DNA from: Candidatus Heimdallarchaeota archaeon
Lineage (GTDB): Archaea; Asgardarchaeota; Heimdallarchaeia; Heimdallarchaeales; Kariarchaeaceae
Length of the DNA: 11,785 nucleotides
NCBI GenBank assembly: GCA_015523565.1
Contig: WAKA01000168.1
Coordinates: 1-11,785 of the forward strand
Direction of reading: 5' to 3'
Shown: positions 1 to 8,183 of the stretch, one piece after another
Numbering within the stretch: position 1 is the first letter of the stretch
How the letters are laid out: every line of letters begins with the position of its first letter
The notes under the pieces: model-generated
Told to the model about the DNA's origin: nothing
What the model saw: the letters and a program-made list of their open reading frames with translations, nothing else
The model's database searches: none
Program-made: the position numbers and the translations under genes

Positions 1-1
1 C

Positions 2-367
2 ACAATAACTGATATCTACCAAGAACTCAAGAAAAACAAAATCTTTATTAAAAATATTCTGCTGGCCAAGAAAAAACCAATAAAATATGATCCCGTTCCA
101 ATATGCACCTCCGAAAATCATCAACAACATCAACCTGACGCTAACCTCGAAGATCTCAAAAGTTTGTCCCCATTTTTTGACAATATAGCAAATCAAGTTC
201 AAGATAAACCTCCATTCTTCATTTATCTGCATACCGACCATGATTTGGAAGAAATACGAAAGCAAATATCAAACGCCGTTAAGAAATTCATGGTTGATAA
301 AATCAAACACGAAGAAAGAATCAAGCTAATTGTCCAAAATATCAAAAATTCTATGAAAAGTCCATAG
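2..367 (+). CDS. Hypothetical protein, C-terminal part (5' end outside the window)
   Basis: The frame of ORF 164..367 is open from base 2 (TITDIYQELKKNKIFIKNILLAKKKPIKYDPVP...) to TAG at 365-367. No recognisable motif. Confidence 0.7.
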   Translation, partial: TITDIYQELKKNKIFIKNILLAKKKPIKYDPVPICTSENHQQHQPDANLEDLKSLSPFFDNIANQVQDKPPFFIYLHTDHDLEEIRKQISNAVKKFMVDKIKHEERIKLIVQNIKNSMKSP

Positions 368-1004
368 GTGCTGTTCATTTGCCTGATTTATAAGGATCCT
401 AAAATGTTGTTGGATCAAAATGAAACGATTGCAGAAATTGTTCTTCCATTTTCATTGAATGAACTGAAAAGTTATCTTGGCGTTTTTGGTTCATCATACT
501 AATGATTTCCTTCCTGCATTGAATAGCTCAATTTACATCCCATTTGAGCCAAGAAATGAAACCGTTTCCTTTCTTTCCCAACATGGGAATTGTGGTGACG
601 TCGGAATTTGCATACAAAAATATGATCTCCCTCCCTTCTCATTTCAGTGGAAAATTGAGGTACAATCCTTTTCAACTTCTTCAACAGAAAAAGATGCAAT
701 AATCCCGTCCTTGATTGTTTCAAATTTAATTCCCTTAAGAAAGAAACGGTAATGAATTGGGCTGGCAAAAAATCCATCGCTGTCTTCGAGACTGAATCTC
801 TGTTATCAGAAAGACAATCTCAAGGATTATGAGGATGAACGAATGAAATTTGTATATCTTGGAGGAACACCTCGATTGATCGCCATCCAACTAAAATATG
901 ATGAAAAATGGAGACATCAGTATGTCACCTCATTGGAGGTTCGGGACAGGCTATTGGACTTTATTTATATATATTCTGATGTTCATGGCATGCCTTCAGA
1001 TTAA
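368..1004 (+). pseudogene. Probable degraded gene in three pieces; the last piece may be a 53-aa small ORF (843..1004)
   Basis: Open segments 368-502, 477-752 and 756-1004 tile the gap between two + strand genes. The last two share a frame and are split by TAA-TGA (750-755). ATG 843 has GAGG 8 nt upstream. No family recognised. Confidence 0.3.
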
Positions 1005-1037
1005 CATTCAAATGAACATTCTCCAAAAGAAGGTCAC

Positions 1038-4000
1038 ATGACTATTGGATGTACTGTCCCGCATGCAGGCGGCATGAGATTCCCACAGGCAAACGAAGCG
1101 GAAAATGTTGCAATAATGCCTGTAGAGGATTCTGAATTCGATGGGACAGGAAATCCTGAAAGGATGCACATTCAAATTCCGAAAAGCAGGTATTCCTCTT
1201 TCCTCAAAACAATCTTTGATGAGACCACTGCAACCGATATGATCGCAGGAACCAATCTGCTCAAAATGGAGGATTTGATCAACAAGCAATTTCTAGTCAT
1301 GGCTTTTTCATTGGAACGGCTTGTTGAAGGAAATGGGATTACCGCACTGCAAAACAACAAAAAGATACACAAGCTGTTGGGCACCTCTGACCCAGACGTT
1401 ATTTCAAGATTCTACAGTACTGCTGTCAAGCCCATCTCCCATGCTCTTGCAAGAGAGGGAATCGTCTCAATGGATGATATAAAGAAGATGAAATTAAATG
1501 AGGTAGACGATCTTCTTGGCAACCTTGAAGGCAGTGATAACCTGATCGTAAATTATAGGGACAGATTTGACGGACTCCAATCCATGTTGGGGCTGATTAT
1601 AAACGGAAAAGAAACAATCGCAAGGCAGATTGCGGAAAATTCCCACTTTATTGCCCTCAACAAGGAATTCCTCGATGACTATTCTGAATTTGGTATCCAT
1701 TCAATAAATGCCTATTCACCAGCTACCAAGCAAAAACTGCTGGAAAAACATTCGACAGCACCATTGAAATCTCCGAATTCCCTGTCAAATGGCTCTGTTG
1801 ACGCGATAATCCTTGCGTATCTGGTGGCATTTGACATAATCGCTTTCGCAGCGGCTAAACCACTCAATACAGGAACCGACTTCATAGGCAAATTCGACAT
1901 GAGCCACGAAAAAATAAAAGGCATCATTGAAAATGTCAAAGAAAAGGTTCCTGAACTAAACAAGGACGAACTGGATTTCATAGGGAAATTCCTTGAAGGT
2001 GAAAAATGCAAAAGAAGGATACTGGTCTATGAAATGAAAAGCATCAATCTCAACAAGGAAAGCCATTATGGGGCATATCGAAAATTCTTTTCACATGGCA
2101 ACGGTCAAATGCTCGATTCTGCATCATCATTTATCGCAAGAGCAACGGAGGACTACAAAACCCTGATATCACAAGCAAATGACATCATGGGAAGCAAATA
2201 TTTCGATTCCTCATCCATCAGGCAATTCCTCAATTTTCCACAGTTCTTTTCAAGAGCCCCATCATACAAACAGAAAAGGGAAATGATCAACTCTTTCTTG
2301 AAATGCAAGAACAAGGCAGTTGCCCTGTTGCATGACCAACTGGCTGGAAACAAATTGAAGGAGGCTATTGCCTCACTCTCCCCTGACAGGAGAGAAACCC
2401 TTGCAAACAAAATTGCAGAATTCATGGACGTACACATGTATCTAGTGGATGTGGCAACTGTTGAAGAGTTCCTCTTCTCAAACAGGGTAATGGTGCTTGA
2501 TCTCGAAAATATCGGAAATGGAAATGTCGTTCTTGAAGTGCCCTCCACAAAAATCCCTGTCATTTTCGAAAACAAATACGGAACAATTCTCCTGAAAAAC
2601 AAGCAGGAAATCCTAAGAAATGTCAACGGTGAAACTGTTTTTGGATTCGACCTCTTTGATGAAAGGGGAACAACTGTCAGGATTCAAGACAACCCATTCA
2701 TGTTCGGACAGCAACACCTCTTGAACATCCTGAAATCAAAGAAACTTCGAAACATACTGCTTGACATGAAAAACAAGTTGAGAACAAACCCCTCAAGATT
2801 CTTTGAACCAAAACATGGGTATGCTGAGGAAATCAACAGGATAAACAAGTTCCTTGAAACCATCGATACCATTGGCCCTGATCACTACCTTAAACCCTTC
2901 AACACTGAAATGCCTCAAACCGTGACGAACTTTCTGAAACAAAAACTCCAAGCCCGATTGTTCGGAAATGATAAATATGGCATCATCTCTCAAATGACCC
3001 GCATGCCCTTCCAAACAACAAAGGGAATAATTGCAAGCGGAGACAAGAAATTTTTGGTCGCACTTCAAAGAATCATTGAATTCCGATACCTTAAAACCAC
3101 ATGCTACACCGACTTGGTCATCTCCTACCGAAAAGAACTCCCGTTCTTCGGAAAAAGTACCAAAACAACCAAACAGAAAAACAAACTTCAATACAATGTC
3201 GCACAATCCATGGATGACTTTGCAAAAGCACAGCTCATGTATCAAAACATGAGAATCCGACCATCAATCTCCCGACTAATCCCAAAAAAAAGCTCCCAAG
3301 GAATTCTTTTCAACCCAATAGAACTGCAAAAGGCATTGGACAAACATCAATTCGAAAAATTCATTGACATGATCCACAACCTCAAATTCAATATCCGACA
3401 GGGTGCCGCATATAAGTACAGGCAACCTTCCCAAATCATTGAAGTCAAAATACAACCTTTGAAATTGAAAAACCTCGAAATCAACGGAACATTCCTCGAC
3501 CTATCCAGACCACTCCCATCACCTAAAAAACCTAAAACCACAATCAGCGAAACCTTCGCAATATGGGCTAAAAATGCATTTCCAAAATCAGCCAGCGCTG
3601 AAAAATGGAATGCCGCACTTGAAACACTCAAAAACATATACAACCCAAATTCCATCGAATATGCCCAAAATTACAATGAAATGGTCTACTTTGCAGATCG
3701 TAAAGCAATGATTGGAACTTTCCTCATCCCAATTTTCCAAATCCTCGACGAACATTCCAAGAACAAAATCAGAAAAATCGCACTCCAACATGCCAAATAT
3801 GTCGAAAACCTGCTGAAAACCCAAAATGACAAAAGAAAATGGCCTGCAAATACAACTTTTGCAGGAACAAGAGGTGGTATCGGAAAATCATGGAACTTCC
3901 CCATTAAATCCGGAAATGAACTGCCAAATGATTTCCACTTCATCATCAATGATAACAATGCCATCCTTTGGTATCTCGACGCCATCGCCCACCAACCATC

Positions 4001-4637
4001 CAAATCAACCAAATTGAACATAACCCATGACGAAAAAAATATACTGATGCTAAAATTCATTACCCTAACTCCTAACCAAGGAACAACCTTCAAACTCGAC
4101 AACATCGCAATAGCCACAAACAAAAACAGATACACTAAAGATCAAGAAAAAATAATCGCTGAAAACCAAGAAGCAATCATCAGGTACTTCGCTATCCTTG
4201 ACAAAAATGCAAGAACTTTAAACCTAAATGCTATAAACAACGCAAAAAACGCACTCGAAAATCATCTCTCAATTTCTTTCGACAACCACCAAACCCAAAA
4301 ATTAAACGAATTGAAACATGTCAACAATAAACTATTCCAACATATGGCCGCAAATGTCATTCCCCCAAACCTAATCAAAATACCAAACGGAAACGAAATC
4401 CCATTTCAAATCACTGTATACGCTAACAGAATTGACTTCCTGCCGTTAATCACTGACAAAAAAACCCTCCAAATATTCATGCAAATTCACAATTTCAACC
4501 CAAAAGCAAGAAAAATTTACCAAAACACCAGAAAAACTGTCGAGGAATTCTTTGCAAATATAGATAAACGAACAGAACAGGCATTCTCACAAATTCAAAA
4601 TACAATCAATAATACTTCTCTGTTCAACAGGAAATGA
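1038..4637 (+). CDS. Large hypothetical protein (1199 aa), possible HhH-like and PD-(D/E)XK nuclease-like motifs in the N-terminal third
   Basis: 3.6-kb open frame with GAAGGT just upstream and a TATA-like TTTATATA at 964-971. No signal peptide. The ORF is secure; the motifs (SVD255AII, ILVYE332MK334S, GQ357M) are by-eye only. Confidence 0.85.
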   Translation: MTIGCTVPHAGGMRFPQANEAENVAIMPVEDSEFDGTGNPERMHIQIPKSRYSSFLKTIFDETTATDMIAGTNLLKMEDLINKQFLVMAFSLERLVEGNGITALQNNKKIHKLLGTSDPDVISRFYSTAVKPISHALAREGIVSMDDIKKMKLNEVDDLLGNLEGSDNLIVNYRDRFDGLQSMLGLIINGKETIARQIAENSHFIALNKEFLDDYSEFGIHSINAYSPATKQKLLEKHSTAPLKSPNSLSNGSVDAIILAYLVAFDIIAFAAAKPLNTGTDFIGKFDMSHEKIKGIIENVKEKVPELNKDELDFIGKFLEGEKCKRRILVYEMKSINLNKESHYGAYRKFFSHGNGQMLDSASSFIARATEDYKTLISQANDIMGSKYFDSSSIRQFLNFPQFFSRAPSYKQKREMINSFLKCKNKAVALLHDQLAGNKLKEAIASLSPDRRETLANKIAEFMDVHMYLVDVATVEEFLFSNRVMVLDLENIGNGNVVLEVPSTKIPVIFENKYGTILLKNKQEILRNVNGETVFGFDLFDERGTTVRIQDNPFMFGQQHLLNILKSKKLRNILLDMKNKLRTNPSRFFEPKHGYAEEINRINKFLETIDTIGPDHYLKPFNTEMPQTVTNFLKQKLQARLFGNDKYGIISQMTRMPFQTTKGIIASGDKKFLVALQRIIEFRYLKTTCYTDLVISYRKELPFFGKSTKTTKQKNKLQYNVAQSMDDFAKAQLMYQNMRIRPSISRLIPKKSSQGILFNPIELQKALDKHQFEKFIDMIHNLKFNIRQGAAYKYRQPSQIIEVKIQPLKLKNLEINGTFLDLSRPLPSPKKPKTTISETFAIWAKNAFPKSASAEKWNAALETLKNIYNPNSIEYAQNYNEMVYFADRKAMIGTFLIPIFQILDEHSKNKIRKIALQHAKYVENLLKTQNDKRKWPANTTFAGTRGGIGKSWNFPIKSGNELPNDFHFIINDNNAILWYLDAIAHQPSKSTKLNITHDEKNILMLKFITLTPNQGTTFKLDNIAIATNKNRYTKDQEKIIAENQEAIIRYFAILDKNARTLNLNAINNAKNALENHLSISFDNHQTQKLNELKHVNNKLFQHMAANVIPPNLIKIPNGNEIPFQITVYANRIDFLPLITDKKTLQIFMQIHNFNPKARKIYQNTRKTVEEFFANIDKRTEQAFSQIQNTINNTSLFNRK

Positions 4638-4677
4638 CGGAGGAAAGGGCTTTCTCGCAAATTCAAAATACAATCAA
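4584..4677 (+). repeat. 26-bp direct repeat with one mismatch (4584-4609 and 4652-4677)
   Basis: TTCTCACAAATTCAAAATACAATCAA versus TTCTCGCAAATTCAAAATACAATCAA. Confidence 0.9.
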
Positions 4678-4696
4678 AAAATCACAACTTCAATAA
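4634..4696 (+). CDS. Candidate 20-aa micro-ORF (MTEERAFSQIQNTIKKSQLQ) or start of a gene relic
   Basis: ATGA overlap with the stop of the 1199-aa ORF; repeats that protein's TEQAFSQIQNTI segment. Confidence 0.3.
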   Translation: MTEERAFSQIQNTIKKSQLQ

Positions 4697-4846
4697 CAAT
4701 AAAAAATAGATGCCCATAAAAATTATCTGCAATTGAAAAACAGGATAGGGAAAGTCATCCTCAAAAACAAAAGTGAAATAATCAATCTGAAAAACACAAT
4801 AGAGAATCTTGACCTGGAAAACAAAATCAATGGGTTTCCTCTTCTT

Positions 4847-5080
4847 TCACTGAGTATCCTGCAATTCTGATAAAAAACGACCAATACAACGACCCTTATT
4901 GCAAACCAATATGACATCACTCTTGCCTTCCATTGAAAAACCAATGTTTGAAAAATTAATCCCACTTCCACAAATCGGACATTTGATCTTCCCTTCCAAA
5001 TAATCCCTCCACTTTTTATGTTTCCGCAGAAGAAGCTCTAAATCATTTGAATTCGAAAGTTTAGGCTCAAAAAATACCAT
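4847..5080 (-). CDS. Small Cys4 zinc-finger-like protein (77 aa)
   Basis: KIKCPICGSGI...ILVCNKGRC (CxxC...CxxxxC), RBS-like AAGTGA 4 nt before the ATG; resembles small uncharacterised archaeal zinc-binding proteins. Confidence 0.8.
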   Translation of the reverse strand: MVFFEPKLSNSNDLELLLRKHKKWRDYLEGKIKCPICGSGINFSNIGFSMEGKSDVILVCNKGRCIGRFLSELQDTQ

Positions 5081-5206
5081 AAAATCACTTAGGTTAATAT
5101 ACTCACGCTAAAACAAAAATGTGTCCATTCAATTTTACCAAAAAATCATTTATATCTAAAATTGTGAATTACCATCTCAACAAAAATAATGACTTCCAAA
5201 ATTTTC

Positions 5207-5212
5207 AAAAAA
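5207..5212 (-). terminator. Oligo-T run downstream of tRNA-Asn
   Basis: Minus strand reads TTCTTTTTT immediately after the discriminator base; archaeal terminators are oligo-T tracts. Confidence 0.5.
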
Positions 5213-5215
5213 GAA

Positions 5216-5302
5216 CGCCCCCGACAGGACTTGAACCTGTGACCTTCCGGTTACTGCACTTCACTTAACAGCCGGATGCTCTGCCAACTAAGCTACGAGG
5301 GC
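5216..5302 (-). tRNA. tRNA-Asn(GTT) with a 14-nt intron at canonical position 37/38; CCA not encoded
   Basis: Minus strand folds as GCCCTCG TA GCTT AGTTGGCA GAGC A TCCGG CTGTTA[AGTGAAGTGCAGTA]A CCGGA AGGTC ACAGG TTCAAGT CCTGT CGGGGGC G. Anticodon at 5267-5269, intron at 5252-5265. Confidence 0.97.
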
Positions 5303-5454
5303 AAGTCGGTTCCATCAAACCTTTCTGATTCATGTTAGGGTATCTTAGGTTAAATGTTTAACGTTAGGTTTCTTGTTAAATTGATTTAAGGTGCCAATTG
5401 TTTTAGCCAATCAATGAATGCTTGTGTTGATTTTATGGGTTTCCTTGTTTATCT

Positions 5455-6555
5455 TTATACTGCTTTTCTTTCTTGTCGCTTTACTTTCCTTCCTGTCATC
5501 AGCAAGAAAGGAAGTGCAATCACCCAAAAGGGAATTGGTGTTTCCTCTGTTTTGGGGAAATTTGGCAAGTATGACTCATATTTGGAATGTTCTGGATCTT
5601 TGGCTATGACTTTTACTATTGTCCCTGTATTTGCGTCTAAAATGGGTATATACAAGGTTTTTTTACCTATGAGGATTTTGTCTTGGTTCCAGTCCATTGA
5701 CATAATTTTTCCAAGTAATCCTTGTCCGTCCTTTGGATAATACCTAAACTGTCTGTTCCCGCTCCTGTCAAAGATGTCTATTGTCTCGTTGGCGTACCCT
5801 GCCGCAAATTTCTGGCTGTCATCAGACGGTGCAACTGCCAGTGCAACCATAGGAAGCTCAATGCTTTCCACTGCTCCATCACTGTAGATGTGCACATTTT
5901 TCCATTCCGCAATGAAAAGGTCGTCGCCGTTCCATCTCACATCCCTTATCCTGTCGCCAAAGTTAAGCTTCTCTAGTTTTCCCCCTTTCCAAACCATCAC
6001 GGTTCCGTTGTGCAGGCCTGCCGCAACCTTTCCGTCGGCTGTCGCATCTAGTGTCTCGACATAGCTTCCCGTTTCCCATTCCTCGATCCTTGTCAAATTG
6101 ACGGGATCGAAAACCAGAACTTTGTTGGTCGAGCTCTCGTTTGTCCCCACATAGATGTTGTCTCCCCAAGCCAAGGCACTGATTGTCTCGTTTATATCCG
6201 CCCTTTCCTGTGTGCTATTGGCAAATTCCAATCGGGTTATTCCGCCATTGCTTGTCCCAGCAACAACCATGGTGCCATTAGGGTTTACTGCAAGCATACG
6301 TCTCCACAGGGGTCCTCCCCCACTAGGTTGCCTATAGGAAATTATGGGTGCTCCCTCTGTCACATTCCATACAAAGACATTGTCCCCGAATGTTATTGCC
6401 GTCTCCGTGCCGTTTATCCATCTGACAGCCTCCCCATAGTCTGTGTATGGGCGAATTATCTCTGAAGCTGAAGGATTCCCATTCAATGCAGGGGTCATCA
6501 AAATCAACAATATGATCGTCATTAATTTCCATCTATACAAACACAACCACCTCAC
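5455..6555 (-). CDS. Secreted WD40-like beta-propeller glycoprotein with C-terminal membrane anchor, copy 1 (likely true start TTG at 6540)
   Basis: Basic plus hydrophobic N-terminus, WD40-like strands (AAGLHNGTVMVW, IRDVRWNG, FAAGYANETIDIFD, IMSMDWN), 9 NxS/T sequons, C-terminal TPIPF motif then hydrophobic segment then basic tail. GAGGTG lies 7 nt before TTG 6540, which overlaps the protease stop. Confidence 0.9.
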   Translation of the reverse strand: MRWLCLYRWKLMTIILLILMTPALNGNPSASEIIRPYTDYGEAVRWINGTETAITFGDNVFVWNVTEGAPIISYRQPSGGGPLWRRMLAVNPNGTMVVAGTSNGGITRLEFANSTQERADINETISALAWGDNIYVGTNESSTNKVLVFDPVNLTRIEEWETGSYVETLDATADGKVAAGLHNGTVMVWKGGKLEKLNFGDRIRDVRWNGDDLFIAEWKNVHIYSDGAVESIELPMVALAVAPSDDSQKFAAGYANETIDIFDRSGNRQFRYYPKDGQGLLGKIMSMDWNQDKILIGKKTLYIPILDANTGTIVKVIAKDPEHSKYESYLPNFPKTEETPIPFWVIALPFLLMTGRKVKRQERKAV

Positions 6556-8164
6556 TTTCTGGTTTAATGGTTATTGAATAATCGAATTTCTTGATGAGCC
6601 TGAGATCCCACCAACGACCGTCTCCCATCCACCAAAACCGTGAATAATATTTGTCTGCCGGGGAATTCTGTATTGTCAGATAATACATGACTGAGTATTC
6701 TCGGTTTCCCCATTCACTGTATTCACTTGTTGTTCCTTGGGACGTGTCATTAAGGATTTTATTGAGACCTAATGTATGACCCAATTCATGCATTGCAGTT
6801 GCATAGATATTATCTCGATCATTTGTAAAGAATTTCCATAGGAGGTTTTTGCGAAGATCCTTTATTGCTTGAACTGCAACAAATGCATATGGGAAAACAC
6901 TAAAGTTTCCATTCCCATCTAGGCTCCCGTCATTGCTAATTACTCCAAATCCTAATGACCCATCAAATGAGTATTTTCCGAAAAGAAGATACCTGTGATT
7001 ATCTGGATATAAGACTTTTGTCCATGAGTGATCATTATATACTTCTTTTAACTCAGACGTATCCATGGAATCATATTTCTGATCCAAATCCAAGGGGGCT
7101 GAGTTGGTGTGGAATTCCACCCACTCATAACCGTTTTTCCTGAAATAGCCTGCCATCGAATCAAATATGTCCAACGGTGGCTGATAACCCCGCATCCAGT
7201 CAACTTCCACATGAAGGTTTCTATAGCCTATTTCCAGATCTGTCAACTGCCAGCCGAAATCGGCATAGTTCCCCGACCTGATTTGGATGGTCAGGTTATG
7301 GACACTTCTTTCCGCATAGCTTCCTATGTTGAGATTGCTGATGGTGAGCTGTCCCCCTGCTGTTGCGGTCTCTGGCATTACCAATGTCCCGTCCACATAA
7401 ACGGAGACAAACCTGTTGCTTATGTCATAATATTGTAGCACTGAAAAGCTCAACGAGGTGTCTGGACCGCCTATGAACTGTGTTTCAATCTTTGCCCTGT
7501 ATGCCCTTGGAAAGAACTGGATTGGGGAATTGCTGGTGTCATTCTTGAAATAGACCCATTCCAGCATCCATGCCTTGTCCGCATAATCTCCCCTGTAAAT
7601 CTGGAATTCCACAAAAAGGTTCGTGTACGACACGCCAAAGTCAATGGATATGAAATTTTCTTGATTCGGTCTGATCTTTACCCTTTTTTCCAGTACCATG
7701 TTGTCTGGTGACGTTCCTGTGTAGACTGAAAGCCATCGGGCAGTCACCTCATTGACAGGGATGAAACGTGCCTTGATGAACTCGGCGTACTGTACATAAA
7801 ATCTCATTTTTGAGACATAAGCCCTTGGGAAGTATGTCCCCTCTTTTGTAATGAAGAATGCCTTGTCGTCGCTGAAGTCATTGTCAATCCCCGTGAAGAC
7901 ATGGGGGGTGAAAAAGGGGGCTGGGTTGTATGGGGATGACTGCTGTTGGGAAGTCAACTGGGTATTGCCAGCCTGTAAAGAATTGGCAACCTGGTTCATG
8001 ACGGTTGTCTTCTCCTCCAACGTTGCATTGTTGGCTGTTGGATTTTCTTTCATCTTGTTCTCATCTCTCGCCACTTTTGCAGTTGGATAGGCAATAAAAG
8101 CGGCAGGATTGACAAGTAGCATGATTACTACTATCGGTTTCCATAATTGCTTTTTGAATTGCAT
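6533..8164 (-). CDS. Secreted zinc metalloprotease, metzincin-like (about 543 aa from ATG 8164)
   Basis: AMHELGHTLGL zinc motif, Met-turn-like YSVMYY, upstream HVEVDWM motif and signal peptide MQFKKQLWKPIVVIMLLV. ATG 8164 is preferred over 8269 because it begins the signal peptide and is conserved in copy 2. Confidence 0.9.
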   Translation of the reverse strand: MQFKKQLWKPIVVIMLLVNPAAFIAYPTAKVARDENKMKENPTANNATLEEKTTVMNQVANSLQAGNTQLTSQQQSSPYNPAPFFTPHVFTGIDNDFSDDKAFFITKEGTYFPRAYVSKMRFYVQYAEFIKARFIPVNEVTARWLSVYTGTSPDNMVLEKRVKIRPNQENFISIDFGVSYTNLFVEFQIYRGDYADKAWMLEWVYFKNDTSNSPIQFFPRAYRAKIETQFIGGPDTSLSFSVLQYYDISNRFVSVYVDGTLVMPETATAGGQLTISNLNIGSYAERSVHNLTIQIRSGNYADFGWQLTDLEIGYRNLHVEVDWMRGYQPPLDIFDSMAGYFRKNGYEWVEFHTNSAPLDLDQKYDSMDTSELKEVYNDHSWTKVLYPDNHRYLLFGKYSFDGSLGFGVISNDGSLDGNGNFSVFPYAFVAVQAIKDLRKNLLWKFFTNDRDNIYATAMHELGHTLGLNKILNDTSQGTTSEYSEWGNREYSVMYYLTIQNSPADKYYSRFWWMGDGRWWDLRLIKKFDYSITIKPESEVVVFV

Positions 8165-8166
8165 AT

Positions 8167-8176
8167 CCCCCCCCCC
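8167..8176 (-). repeat. G10 homopolymer just upstream of the protease start codon
   Basis: Ten consecutive C on the + strand, ending 2 nt before the ATG. Confidence 0.9.
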
Positions 8177-8183
8177 TTGAACA

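Noticed and set aside
365-502. Amber (pyrrolysine) readthrough of TAG 365-367
   Set aside because: The 44 open codons after the stop are not unusual, there are no pyl genes, and TAG is a normal stop for the protease.
1008-4135. Antisense and alternative-frame ORFs within the 1199-aa gene
   Set aside because: Shadow ORFs from codon bias, with no motifs or RBS.
4723-4971. 82-aa hydrophobic minus-strand ORF
   Set aside because: It overlaps the zinc-finger gene in another frame, and its hydrophobicity follows from the T-rich strand.
5335-5368. Telomere-like TTAGGG repeats
   Set aside because: Only one exact TTAGGG and non-tandem TTAGG copies, in an internal archaeal locus.
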